From the NCBI RefSeq assembly GCF_030144855.1, contig NC_082720.1:57536001-57600000 (forward strand): a DNA stretch of 64,000 nt, given 5' to 3'. Below the pieces are notes generated by a model. The model was not told where the DNA came from. It saw only the letters and a program-made list of their open reading frames with translations, and made no database searches. Below, in pieces: positions 12,201-25,989 of this stretch. The first letter of the stretch is position 1. The number at the start of each line of letters is the position of its first letter. A program made the translations under genes and the position numbers. Origin of the DNA: Hypanus sabinus. Its lineage: Eukaryota.

Positions 12201-12929
12201 GTGAGGATTTGCTGAAGAGAATCGAAATCGGTAACTATTTAATTTGAATATCTTGCAAACATTTGTGTCATTATGATCACTGTACTAACTAGGATGAAAT
12301 TAATGTTATGGTCACAATCTCAGTGTGGACACAGTGATCAAATACTATTTCTAAGTGTATAATGGGTTTATGTTACACAGTGTTTAGGTTTTTTTTTTGC
12401 AATTGCATGTAACTCCACGGCTTGATCCCTCTGTGAAAGGCTGTGTGGAGGTGGGTTCTAAGCCGTTTAGAACTTATTCTGATAACAAATCGCGTTAAAA
12501 TTAACTTGTGGTAAATTACTGAGTAAATATGTTCCAGGCACTATGAACACTGCCTTTGCAGAAAAAAGGTATTCGTTGCTCAAACCCTTGGGTTTGGTGT
12601 GAGCAAACTGGTTTCGGTACTGTCCCCATTCAATATTAAAAGGTGCCGTTTTTTTGGTCACATGAGATTTACAATGTAAACTCTCTTTGTATTCGGAAAT
12701 CAGAGACACCTGAAATAAAACAGGGAAGTAACAAACTTCTCAGCAACCTAAGCAATGTTGGAGAAATTAGAGCTAACATTCCAGACCGATAAAGTAGTCG
12801 ATGAAAAATGCGCATACTGAAACGTTAATACCTTTCTCCATCCGCCCGTAAAAAGTTTTGAACAACTTCTGTGCTGAGAACGATCGCATTTAAACTATCA
12901 TTTAAGTTGTGGAATTGGGAAGAACTATT

Positions 12930-13690
12930 GGAATTAGGGAAATATGTTTTGAATCCAGATATTGTAGTTTGATTGGCTAATGAGCAGTCGCAGGATATTT
13001 CACCTAATAAGACCGGGGTCGTATTCTTATCTACATTTGATCTTGGGAATACATTAATGAGGCAGAGCAACGAAAATTTGAATTTACTCAAGGCGATGCA
13101 TGTTGAGTCGAACAGTAAGAGCAGGGTCGACAAAATAAATGGAAATACCATAGACAATATAGTGAAAGATGGTTAACATGGTAAACAAATCGAGTGACAT
13201 TCAAGGTGACAGCATAAATTTCAACATAAAGTTGACTGAGGCAGAGAGTTTCAGTCCTAACAAGTAATTGAAGAGTCTGGGCATATTTTCATTGGAATTA
13301 AGCAGGCTGAGCGGAGGTGGCGGCTTCTTTGAGATTTATGCAAATAAGTGGAGGGCGAACTGGGTAGATAGTAAGAACATTTTCCCCATAACAAAACTAC
13401 CAAAGATATTGGTTTATGGAAATGTCAAAGAGGTTGAGCCGAAATGTAAAAAAGACATTTTTTTTGTACTCAGAGGATGTTAGAAATTTGAAATGCATTG
13501 CTTGAGTGGGTGGTGGAAATAGGTGCGTGACAACAATTAACAAATATCTATGTGAGCACTTGAATGACCAAACCACGGAATACTGCAGAGCAATTCTTTA
13601 TAAATACAATTGATGTAAATATTTAATTTGCTCATGGATATGGCATGGATCCGATGGGCGAATTATTCTGTTTCAATGCCGTGACTAACA
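12930..13690 (+). mobile_element. Old CR1 remnant, paralogous to 24850-25915
   Basis: Decayed LGIFSLE..RL and FF.QR..W motifs. It shares blocks with 25490-25915 (gcagagagtttcagt; gaatgaccaaaccac). Confidence 0.6.
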
Positions 13691-14219
13691 AGACCATCTT
13701 CATGAATAATCACGGAAAATACGGTGACAGTCCGCTCATGCGCATTTTCTGGAGTCCTGCCTGTGATTATAATGACACTCGTTAAACTTAAACCCATCGC
13801 CACTACTAGGATATAGCCAACCGAAAGCAACACGCTAGAGTCCTCTGTCTTGGCACAGTCTTTGCCCAGATATAGCCCATTTAGATGAAGGTCCTCCCTC
13901 TCTTCCAGAAAGGAGTTTTTGGAGTTTCAGTTGTCGTTTCTGTAGCTCTGGGTTTTTACGCAAATGGGTTTCTCATGCCATGCCTAACTCTCCTCCTATC
14001 ACAGCCGGGCTTGGTCCGTGTATGTTGACATAATGTCAGAAAACGTTGGTTGAAAGTCTTTGATATGCTATGGTATTGCACATATGAAGCAACTGGGATA
14101 ATTTTCTACAATACGTTCTTTGGAAGCATGAATGAATATTTTAGATTTGAGATTAAATTGAAAAGTGAGCCAGGAAGCTTCATCTCGGTAGTGTCAAAAT
14201 TTTTGTATGTTTTGATGTT

Positions 14220-14367
14220 ACCATAAGATGATAAGACCATAAGATATATGAGCACAATTAAGCTATTTCATCATGGCTGGTCCAATATTCCTCTCAGCCC
14301 TAATCTCCTGCCTTCACCCGATGTCCCTTCATGCCCTGACCAATGTTGAGTCTCTCAATCTCTGCAT

Positions 14368-14403
<36 letters not shown>

Positions 14404-16080
14404 TGGCTTCTACAGATGTGTGGCAAAGAATTCCACAGATTCATCACCCTCTGAGTAAACAAATACCTCCTTATTTCCTTTCTAAAAGAGGCCCTTCTAT
14501 TCTGAGCCAGTGTCCCCTGGACTTAGACTCTCCCACCATGGGACACATCCTCGCCTCTATCAAGGCCTTTCACCATTCGGTTGGTTACAATAAGTTCACC
14601 CCTCATTCTGCTGAACTGCAGTGAATACAGCTCTGGAGCCATCAGATGCTCTTCATATGACAAGCCATTCAATCCTGGAATCAATTCTGTAAACCTCTTC
14701 AGTTTCAGCACATCCTTTCTAAGATAAGGTGCCCAAACCTGCTCACAATACTCCAAGTGAGCCCTCACCAATGCGTTATAATGTTTCAGTGTTACATCCT
14801 TGCTTTTATAGTTTAGACCTGTTGAGTTGAATGTTAGCATTGCATTTGCCATCCTCATCACAGACTCAACCTGCAAACTAACCTTCAGAGAATCCTGCAC
14901 AATTGAATTGAATTGACTTTATTTCTTACATTCTTCATATACATGAGGAGTAAAAATCATTACGTTACATCTTCATCTGAATGTGCAATGTGCAATCATA
15001 GTAATAATACATAGAATAGTCAATGTAGTATAGGGTACACTCAAATCAGCGTGAATTCATCAATCTGATGACCTGGTGGAAGACACTGTCCCGGAGCCTG
15101 TTGATTGTTGTCCTGACAAGGACTCCAAAGTCCCTTTACATCTCAACTCTTTGCATTTTCCCTCCATTTAGAAAATAGTCAACTCTTTCATTTCATTTCA
15201 AGTGTGTGTAGGACCACCTATTCTTTGCCCATACTCCTAATCTGTCTGTCCTTCTGTAGCTTCTCAATTTCCTCAAAATTACCTGCCACTCCAGCTGTCT
15301 TCATGACATCTGCAAACTTGGAAAGAAAGTCATCAACTACATCATCCATATCATTGACATGTAACGTAAAAAGAATCGATCCCAACACGGATCCCCGTGG
15401 AATACCAGTAGTCACTGGCAGCCAGTCAGAAAGTGCTCTCTTTATTCCCACTCTTTGCCTGTCACATAGCCACTGGTTTATCCATGCTAGAATTTACCAT
15501 TGGCTCGTAGCTTGTTAAGAAGTCTCATATGTGGCACCTTGTCAAAGGCCTTCTGAAAATCGAAGTACACAACATCAATTGATTCTCCTTTGTCTATCTT
15601 ATTCTTTGCTTCTTTAATGCATTCGAACATATTTCTCAGGTAATACTTCTCCATAAGAAAACTATGCTAAATACGGCCTGTTTTATCAGGTGCCTGACCC
15701 AACTTTTGGTATTCACTTTAATATTATTGGCTAGCGTACTTTTGCATTCTATCTTTACATTCTTAATGACAATTTGGTTGCCTTCTGCTGGTTTTTAAAA
15801 TCTTTCCAACCCTCTAACGTCCCACTAATCTTTGGTCTAATATATGCCCTCTCTTTGTCTTTTATGTTGGCTTTGACTTCTCTTGTTAGCCATGGTTGTG
15901 TACTCTTTCCTTTGGAATACTCTTCCTCTGTGGGATGTATATATCACTTGCCTTCCGAATTGCTTCCAGAAACTCCACCCATTGCTGCCCTGCCATCATC
16001 CCCGCCAGTGTTCTTTTCCAATTAATTCTGGCCAACGCCTCTCTCATGCCTCTGTAATACCCTTTACCCCACTGTAATTA
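14220..16080 (-). mobile_element. CR1-type LINE, with a nested different LINE 3' tail at about 14900-15105
   Basis: Minus-strand VTTGIPRGSVLGSILF..KFAD and HYNALVRAHLEYCEQVWAPY. The tail repeat ccataagat/accataagat lies at 14221-14245. Confidence 0.88.
14371..14398. repeat. (AT)n microsatellite
   Basis: About 14 uninterrupted AT units. Confidence 0.95.
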
Positions 16081-17938
16081 ACAGTCAGACTAGTTTTCTA
16101 CATGTGGTGAAAGGTCATGGGAAATCAGCAAGTGAGGCTTCTACTTCTATCTGGCTTCAATACTATTTCCATGTTGTTAATATAAATCAAGACATATTTC
16201 GATTTAGTTCAATGTCTAATAGATTTTGACCGATTATATTTGCTAACTTCACTTTTAGTTATTTAAATGAAATCTATCAATTTTAAACCTTCTAGATTTC
16301 AACGACAGCCAACGGCTATACAGAAAGTATTACAATATATCACAAATGTCAAAGCTTAACTGGGTATCAAAACTTTTAGGGGCCTTTCATGAGAGGTGGT
16401 ATCCGAATTACTGAAGAATGGTTGAAGAATCCAAAATGGTTGCTTTTGGTATCTAGATTTCAATAAACGAGCGCTGAGATCATGAATACCATGTTCAAGT
16501 AATTGAAAAGCAATTTTCTGCTGGTTTTCTTTATTTTCACAACTTCACTTACCACACTCACCACATTTTTCCTTGCTACAAACCAAATAGTGTGGTCCTC
16601 TTTTTCACCGGAATTCACTGGGAGGTGAAATTAAAATAAGCACTCCTAAATACGCCCCCCAGTTTTATGCATGAAGATAACCACCAAAGGTTACTTATTA
16701 AGTCAGGCGCAATTTGACTCATGCCTACGACCTCTGAGTTACACCAAATTCACCAGAAAATTCCCTGCAAAACATAAATAAATATTGATCAGTGACAAAA
16801 ATGACTGTCTGTTGGGTACAGTATAACTTTACGGAAAGCAGATATGACGCAGCCATTTGAAATGTAACCAACGAAAATCACTTTATCAATTCATATGAGG
16901 TCAATTCTGGTACTTATTAACCATGCCTATGACCTCTGGGCAACCGACAGTTTGTCATATGAATTAATCATAGAATTAATAAATGAATGAATCTTGACCA
17001 ATGACACAAAGGTATGTACAATGGGTATGAATTTACAGAATTAAGACAGGACGCAGTCATTTGGAATGATGACATCGAATAAAACCACTGATAGGTGTTA
17101 CATAAGTAAATAGAAGTGGTTTAGCTAAATATGTAAACTTTGACATGAACACAGGTTTTCAGTTTACAACACACAGAGTAAACAGAAATCACCTGGTGGT
17201 AATGAAGTTCAAGGTAATAATGAACCTGTAAATTGAGTTCATGAAGGTACTTGTTTCCACGTTAGGAAAGAAAACAGTGATACACTAGCAATCAATGCAA
17301 TCTATTCGACTTCGAACGTTTTTGCATTTTTGTACTCTATCAAATACAGAGTAGTAATTATATATCCTCTACACTTGTGTACAGAAAGTGACATCAGAAA
17401 TTTTGCACTTAAGAAATCATAAACTTAAGGTTTTCAACGAGCTTTTCTTTAAGTGTTATATTTGTCTTCTCGTTGAACGTCACGAAATTGTTCTAGCATT
17501 TTCTGTATTACATATTTCCAGCACATCATATTTCCCAATTAGAGTCTGATTATTTGGGTAAATTATCTAAATAACTCTGTTTGGAAACCAGAATGGCTTC
17601 ATAAAATCTAGTGATGGTTTCCTCTTGATAACACAGAAATAATTTTGATTTCAAGACCCACATTCAAAAGCTAAAATAGTGGGAAATGCAAGAATGAATG
17701 ACATATACGTGTTATAAATATAAGGAATCTTTCAGCTCAACAATGTTACATATATTACCTTTCCTCTGATGAACAAGTTATTTACACTTCCACTTTAATA
17801 CATTAATCTTAATATAGATACTGATAACTTCGAACGGTAGAACTGTAAACAGAACAGAAAATAAATATCCATAGGCTAAAATAAAATATAACTGTACAAC
17901 AGTAAATATCATACTCTCCGCACCTTCAAGCCATGCTA

Positions 17939-18067
17939 GCTTTAAGAAACGACCAGAATCCTGATTGGTCGAACATCAATGAATTTCTCCACCAATCGTG
18001 AGCTGAGATGTGATTAGTGATCCGGACAGCCCTCCTTACGACCCAGCAACCATTGCGTCAGATCAGT
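17939..18067 (+). promoter_or_regulatory. V3 promoter module
   Basis: GCTTTAAGAA 17939; ATTGG 17964; CCAAT 17992 (23-nt spacer); GTGATCC; CCAT; GATCAG. Confidence 0.8.
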
Positions 18068-18299
18068 CACAATGAAGACAGGATAGCCAGCAGCTCTGAG
18101 ATTTTTCCACGAGTCCTCTCACACTGTAAAGAAATACGACCATTTCATTGAAATAATTCGAGCGATTGCCAAGAGGTACGGATCTATTCTGTATCGTTTC
18201 TTTTTTTCTCTCTCTCACTGTTTAACGCTTATACACTGCAGAAAGGATAATACGTAAGACTGCCTGGGCCTGTAACATTTGGAATGACTTCCACTGGAA

Positions 18300-20759
18300 A
18301 TGAGATATAAAGTATATTGGTTGCTGAAATGCCAATTGTTGTTCTGTGTGTTCTGTCTGTTGGATATTGTATATGGTCAGATTCGTTACTCTATTCCTGA
18401 AGAACTACAACCGGGAGCTTTTGTTGGAAAAATCGCTGCCGATTTAGGTTTAGATGTGGAGCAGCTGTCGGCTCGCCACTTGCGGGTAGCGCCCAGTCCT
18501 GGTAAGCAGTATTTCGACATAAATTTGGAGAATGGGATTTTAATTGTGAAAGAAATAATCGACAGGGAACTGCTTTGTGGGTCGAATCTCGACTGCCGCA
18601 TATCGTTGGATCTTGTGCTTGAAAATCCCCTGAGCCTGTACCAGGTGGAAGTGGAGATTCTCGATGAAAATGATAATGCTCCCAGTTTTCCGAAAAGCCA
18701 GCTTCATCTTGAAATTATAGAGCTTGCAGGACCCGGAATGCGATTTCCTCTTGAACCTGCACACGATCCGGACATTGGCACAAATTCCTTGCAAACCTAC
18801 CATTTACAATCAAATGACTATTTTAGTCTGGACGTACAAATGCGACGTGGGAAGGGCAAGTGGCCAGCATTGTTGTTACAGAAACCTTTGGACAGAGAAA
18901 TAATGGCGACGCATAGTTTAACGTTAACAGCAGAAGACAGCGGGTTCCCTCCCAGATCGGGTACAGTGCAGATTATAGTAACAGTGAAGGATGTTAATGA
19001 CAATGCGCCTATTTTCTCCCAGCCGGTTTACAGAGTTAGATTATTGGAATCTGCACCAAAAGGGACCCTGATTATCACATTGAACGCAACTGATATGGAC
19101 GATGGTCTGAATGCAGAGATAATGTATTCTTTCCGTAGCCAAATACCTTCGACTTCCCGTAGCCTTTTTGATCTGAATTCCAAAACTGGTGAAATCAGAC
19201 TCAAAGGGAAGTTGGACTATGAAGAAAGCAACGTCTTTGAAATTAACATACAGGCGACAGATAAGGGTCCTGGCGCTGTTCCTGAATACTGTGATGTTTT
19301 AGTTGAAGTTGTCGATGTAAATGATAATGCACCGGAGGTGAAATTGCGGTCTTCCTCGACGACTGTTTCGGAAGACGCTCCACTTGGGACTGTAGTAGCC
19401 CTGTTCACTGCAGAGGATAGAGATTCCGGACAAAATGGTCAGGTACATTGTCAAATTTCAAATCGACTACCCTTTAAGCTGGATTCGTCTTTAAAGAACT
19501 ATTACAGAACTATTGTACAGCATCCACTCGACCGCGAAAGCAACCCCAAGTATGATATCATCATTGTATGCACGGATTCAGGGGAGCCTTCCCTCACTTC
19601 CAAGAAAACCATCCGAGTAGAGGTTTCAGATATAAACGACAACGTTCCAAAGTTTTCTCGCCCGGTATACACAGCAAATGTCATAGAAAACAACGTTATC
19701 GGAGCTTCCATATTTTCTCTGACGGCCTTCGATGCAGACGCTGGAGAGAACGCCCGACTGAACTTTTCTATCCTAGAGTCTCAGGTTCAGAATTTCTCAA
19801 CAACCTCCTATGTTTCAATTAATTCAGCAAGTGGTGTTATCTATGCTCAGAGATCTTTTGACTATGAACAATTGAAAAACTTTCAGATTCAAGTTCAAGT
19901 GCAGGATTCTGGTACGCCACCTCACACGAGTAATGCCTCAGTAAACGTGGTTATCATGGATCAGAATGATAATGTTCCAGTGATTGTGCATCCTTTACCC
20001 GAATACGGGTCGTCAGCAATAGAAACAATATCCAGATTCAGTGAACCGGGGTCCTTGGTTGTCAAGGTATTGGCCACCGATGCCGACTCTGGTCAGAATG
20101 CTCGACTTTCGTATCAGATTCTTCAAACCACCCACAGCAACCTTTTTACCATTTCTGCAGACACTGGTGAAATTTGGACTATCCGTCGAATTTTGAAAAG
20201 AGATGTTTCTAATCAGAGACTGGTGGTTTTGGTAAAAGACAATGGAGAACCACCCCTTTCTGCCACCGTAACTATATTATTATCTGTGGTTGGGACTGAT
20301 AGAGAATCGTTTTACGGTGTCAGTAGCTCTTCGGCAGATTCGCAGAGCGTTCCTGAACTGAGCCGTTCTTTGGTTATAGCCTTGGGAATAATAACTGGCT
20401 TACTGCTCATGATGTTAATCATCCTCGCCATTAAAGTTCACAGAAACAGGAAAGGAATTGTATACGAGCACCGTTCTCTGGGTACTTGTTGTTGCTCTGA
20501 ATCAAGAAACTCTTTGAATGGAGTACAGAAGACCAGTAAAACCCTTCAGATACCACCAAATTATGTTGAAGTATTTGGGGGCGATCCTCTCTCACAAAGA
20601 TTCCGTTACGGGTCATGTTCGACACTGCAGTCTACCAAGAGGGATTTCACCGTCTCCATCAACAGTCGATCCTCTGCAGACCAAAATTTTGTTCTGAGCG
20701 AATCTGCCTGTAAAGGAAATGTTGGAATGGTGGATTCTGAAAAATGTAGCGTTCCTGAG
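18300..20759 (+). CDS. Clustered protocadherin variable exon V3 (group A)
   Basis: ORF 18300-20870 with six EC repeats and a TM helix. Phase-0 donor GAG|GTAAGG at 20759/20760; the last 36 aa of the ORF are intronic read-through. Confidence 0.95.
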
Positions 20760-21089
20760 GTAAGGCCATTTAAACCAGAGGGCGAAACCCTTAACAGTTT
20801 TGTTGGAAAGCACAAGTATTTGGATAGCTGCCAGTATATTAAGATAAACAGCGCGAATTGTGTAGCTTAAAGAGAAACACTGCTCTCATTGTTAAATCAA
20901 TTTGAGATTACTTTTTTTTGTCTACTGTGATGTTTTTTGCACACAGTAAAGATATGTAATTCCAGTATATTGCCAAAGGGTTACAAAACGTCTTTTCTAG
21001 ACATCGTCTTGAATTTTTGGGGTATGGTTACTCCTTTCTGATATTCTTTCCTTCAAGAATGGGGAACGAAGTAATTATTACTCCTGACC

Positions 21090-21560
21090 CGATACACCAA
21101 AAAGAGCACAATAAGATAAAGAAGACAACAACAATAAAAACACAATAACTATAAATAATTACCTTGGATGTCGTATGGACATATATTTATCACCCATAAA
21201 CTGACGCTATGCCTAGGAGTTTCTGACAGGGAATAATAAAGTGCTGGTGGTTGGGGGGTGGAGGGATGGGTAAGTAGGTGGAGTTGTTGATCGGCCTTCC
21301 TGCTTGGGCAAAGTAGCAGTTTATGAGTCTGGTGGTCCTGCCATGGAAGCTACGTAGACTCCTCCCTGATGGGAGAGGGAAAGTCCATGAGCAGAGAGGG
21401 TGAGGTCGTTCAGGATGTTATATAAATCCCTTATTGTTGGTAGGCTGGTGCCGGTGATCCGTTTGGCAGAGTCGACTACCCGTTGTGAAGCCTTCTGCCG
21501 GTTGTAGTGCAAATCCTCGACCAAGTCAGGATGCTCTCGACAGCGCATCTGTAGAATGAT
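21090..21560 (-). mobile_element. Rex1-like LINE 3' fragment
   Basis: Minus-strand QRVVDSAKRITGTSLPTIRDLY...ILND. Confidence 0.7.
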
Positions 21561-22100
21561 GTGAATATAGAAACCATTTCAACTTCTATCCAGGCACATT
21601 CCAATCCTCAGCTTCAATATGCAAAACAATAATTTTCACATCTATCCCTTGTCTGATATATGTGGAGATGAGCTTGCAATATCTACTCGATATTTCTCTC
21701 TTCTGATAACCTACTGAGTATTTTCACTATATGCTTCATCTTCAGACTTACAACAACTGTTTTATTACGTACTTTAGTGTTCCAACATTATTTTCTACAT
21801 CTGCTATGCAGTATGTACTTTTATTTCTCGGAATCTACTTCCACATCTCCAAACGTCTCTTAGACAACAGTAAAAGCCATTTTGTCACTAGCTCAAGGAT
21901 GTCGTCCTACAACCGAAATGCCTTCTGCTCTCGCGTCCTCATTCATCCATTCCAAACACTGTGCACCTGAAAACGTGCTTGATTTTTTTTCTCTTGCTCT
22001 GTACACCAATGAAGATTGAGTTAAATCATTAGCACTGGTCCTCTCTCCACACATATAGTTTTCCCTGGCGAGTTTCCCAAGATCTCCTGCTCTTCTTTTT

Positions 22101-22711
22101 ACATAGAACATGGAAATCCACATCACCTTACAGGCCCTCAGTGTTGTGCAACCGTGTAACCTACTCTAGAAACTGCCTAATTTTTTTCTACGGCATAGCC
22201 CTCTATTTTTCTAAGCTACATGTATCTAAGAGTCTCTCAAGCGACCCTATTCTACTCGCCTCTACCACCGTCACTGGCAATGCATTCCATGCACCCACTA
22301 TGCTCTGTGTGAAAAAATTACCTCTGACATCCCCACTGTACCTACTTCCGAGATTCTTAAAACTATAGCACTTCATGACGTTGACTATCCACACGATCAA
22401 TGCCTCTCATCATCTTATACACTTCTGTCAGATCACCTCTCATCCTCCGTCGCTCCAAGGACAAAAGGCAAAGTACAATCAACCTATTCTGATAAGGCAC
22501 GCTTCTCCAATCCAGGCAATATCCTTGTAAATCTCCTCTGCACTCTCTATAGTATCTACATTCTTCGTGTAGTGAAGTGACCAAAACTGAACACCGTACT
22601 CCAAGTGGGCTAAAACTATGTTCTTATATGGCTGTAACATTACCTCACGGCGCTTGAACTCAGTCCCACAGCTGATAAAGGCCAACACACCATAAGCCTC
22701 CTTAACAACAC
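22101..22711 (-). mobile_element. CR1-type LINE 3' fragment
   Basis: Minus-strand HLEYGVQFWS, RGDLTEVYKMMRGIDRVD and FFTQSIVGAWNALP. The empty site is visible in the paralogous spacer at 31790-31820. Confidence 0.9.
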
Positions 22712-23169
22712 TTTTAGATACGGTTTACGGGTAAACGAGTTCCACCAACTCTAGGCAACAACAATATACAGTAATTTGCCTCTGGATGAATGTGACACGT
22801 TGTATAGATAGATCGAAAGATAGATATTCTCCCTGTGATCTAGAGTCAAGATAATATACTTTTTTTGTTGTATACAGTTGTCCGGAACGCGTTTTAAACC
22901 GGTAAACGGCATCTAAAATGATGCAATAGATAAATAGATTAATTACGTCTCATTGAGGCGACTATGCTTGGCGCACACTTTCGTGTCTGAGGCGGACGGT
23001 TGAACTGCTTGGAGAGAAAGCAAAGATGACATCCATGATGAATGAACGGTGACCTTCTAAACAATGAGGTGGTAGGCAGCACAGAGAAGCCCCACAGGGC
23101 TCTCTCTAATCCTAACCTTAGCCCAGTAAAAAGTAGTATCAAGAGTTATGGACTCAAATATCAATGGGG

Positions 23170-24235
23170 TTGAGAATCAGACTTTCCGAAGGCCTTTGGT
23201 AAGGTACTCCACAAATGGTTAATAATCAAATTACAGGATGCAAGATCTCGGTGTAAGATATACGAATGGGTGCAGAATTGGCTCAAAAGCAGGAAACAAC
23301 GAGTTATATTGAGAGGATCATTTCATAACTAGGAGATGTTAAAAGTGGGTTCTGCAGGGATAGGATTTGGGGATGCTGCTCTTTTATTTTATATTAATGA
23401 TTTGGATACACACATAGGAAATAAACTAGTAAAGTTTGCCGCTGGCAGAAAATTAGTGGGACTGGCAGATAACATTCAGGCAGCAGATTCAATACAGTTA
23501 GATCTGAACCAAATCCAGATGTGGGCAGACTAATTTTAATGTAAATTACTTTAAAGTATTACATATAGGAAGTTGAAAGATTATGTAAAAATATACAATG
23601 GAGGATCTTGGGTTAGAAAGTGCACTGCATAAGAAGGATTTTGGAGTCTTGGTAGTTCAACTCAAGAGACGTTCTCTTCAAGCTGTGTAAAGCGCTTGTT
23701 CATTCACTTCCACACTTTGAACACTGTGTACAGTTTTGGTCCCCATATTCTGTGAGGGATGTGAAGGTACTGAAAAGAGTCCAGAGAATGGCGTCTAGAC
23801 TCATTCCAGGTCTGCAGGGTATAAGCTATGAAGAAAGATTGAAATAATTAAACCTTTTTTTCGTTGAGCTAGTCGAGGTACAGGTAGACGTGGCATAAGA
23901 GGAGGCATGATAGAAGTGTTCAAAAGCCTTAGCGGTGAGAAGTGGATGCCAGTTGCTACTCCAAAATTAGCCCATCATCATAGACAAGAGGCCATAGGTG
24001 CAGGCAGACTGGTTAAGGGAGGATTTCAGACTAATATCGGGAAGCATTTCTTTACACAGCGACTTGAGTACACATGGGACAAACTATCTAGTTATATAAT
24101 TAAGAGTAGTACCTTAGGGAGTTTCAAGTATAAACTCGATAGTGCTTTCAACACACTATGTGAAGAGGAATTTGACAAGCCTTGTTGGGCGGATTGGCCT
24201 GTTCGTGTCAAAAAAAAATTGTTCTAATGTTCTAC
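23170..24235 (+). mobile_element. CR1-type LINE (different subfamily), decayed
   Basis: YINDLD..KFAA (from KFADD) and MIEVFK...KHFFTQR..WDKL. Confidence 0.85.
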
Positions 24236-24849
24236 TTAACAGTAATTTTGTCTTAAACAAAATCAGCTTGCATGGCCAGTATCGTAATGATGTTTGGGGA
24301 ACTGTTGGCCACAAATTGTCTACAATATTTTCTGAATCAGAAGCAGATAAATTCATTCAGGTAAACTGCGGCGCTGGCACTGACTGAGAGACAGGGTATG
24401 ATCACAGTAATAGGTGGAGATAACTTTTTAGGTATAATAGGGTGGGTGGTGAGCTGGATAAAGTGGTCAGATTAGGGCTCGGCTTACTAGCTGGCACGGC
24501 ACTTTGCTGACCATATCATGAGTCCTTTTCTTTTCTGTTTCTTTGTGGAGTTTATCCTGAATCAGATCAGAAATACAGAAGTTGGTTGATGGTTGGAAGA
24601 ATACACTAGGATACCCTATAGTACCTATAGTATCGCTGATACGCAAGGATCATTGAGATGCGGTAGTCTCAGCAAATATACCCTTACGTGAGATATTCTG
24701 CACATGGTTTACATACAGAACACTTGCTTAATTCACTTACACTCTTTTCACCCAGTATTTGGAAATGAGATCCAACAAGTCGATCAGAGATAATTGACCT
24801 GGTGCACGTTGCAGTTAACAGCTCTCTTGCCCATAAAGATAACTATAAT

Positions 24850-25915
24850 ATACTGGAATCCAGTTGCTGTGGTATCATTGGCATTGGCAACTGATCAGTC
24901 TTATGATAATTTGCTGAATAAGATTTATACTTTTAATTATTCTTGTGAACGCATTAATTAGGCAGAACAGCAACATATAGACTTAACTGCAGATAAGAGC
25001 AAGTCCATAGACTCTATGAGGTTAGAAATGGCAGATTATACACAATAAATGGGAGTGCAATCGGAAATATTGTGAAAGACAGGAACCTAGGCAAACAAGT
25101 CGAAGTGTTATTCAAGTTGCTAGCATGGGTGGATAAATAGCGAAGAATGCGTGAGAATTAATGACTCCCTTAGCCAGGGCATATCATATAACCATATAAC
25201 CATGTAACAATTACAGTATGGAACCAGGCCATCTCGGCCCTTCTAGTTCGTGCCGTAAGCTTACTCTCCCCTAGTCCCACCGAACTGCACTCAGCCCATA
25301 TCCTTCCATTCCATTCGTGTCCATATAGCGGTCCATTTTTTTAAATGACAATGTCGAACTTGCCTCCACCATATATAAAAGATGAAGGTTATAGTACCGC
25401 TTTTTGCAGCATCAGATTAGCCACCACTTGATTACTGCACCGTGACTGCAATGGAAAGGTGCAGAGTAATTTCAGCACGATGTTTTCTGGTGCAGAGAGT
25501 TTCAGTAGTAACTTGAAACTGGAGAACCTGGGCGTAATTTCCGTAGAATTGTGGAGATTGAATGGGCTTGATTGAGGTGTACGTTATTTAAAAAAAAAGA
25601 AAGTGGGTGAACTAGATGGATAGTAACAACATTTTCCCCACAACAGAATTGCCATATATGTTGGTTCATGGAAAGGTGTTCAGAGGGAGCTTGAGAAAGA
25701 TGTTTTTTTCACTCAGAGGGGGCTGGGAATTTGGAATACATTGCCTAAGCGTGTGGTGGGAATGGGTACAGGACAGCCTTAAAAAGTATTTATATGAGCA
25801 GTTGAATGACCAAACCACAGAAGTCTTTGGAAATTAAATTAATGTAGATTCATAATTTATGCTGGATATGGACACGATGGGTGACAGGTTCTGATTCAGT
25901 GCCTTATGAGTGTGT
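24850..25915 (+). mobile_element. Old CR1 remnant containing a younger minus-strand CR1 3' tail at about 25187-25370
   Basis: Homologous to 12930-13690. The nested piece is the reverse complement of the family at 34783-34992. Confidence 0.6.
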
Positions 25916-25989
25916 GACCTCTTTGTATAACAATAGTCAAAGTGTTGAACTTCCAAAGCTCAAAGTAGAATTTGTTATCAGAATCCATA

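Noticed and set aside
18019-18034. REST/RE1-like half sites (CCGGACAGCCC in V3/V4; CAGCTCCGTGGA in V1)
   Set aside because: Only half-site matches, never a full RE1 with correct spacing, and not conserved across paralogs.
20760-20870. Long unique C-terminal tail of V3 and shorter tails of the other ORFs
   Set aside because: They lie past a consensus splice donor and are unconserved in length, so they are intronic read-through unless unspliced transcripts are shown.
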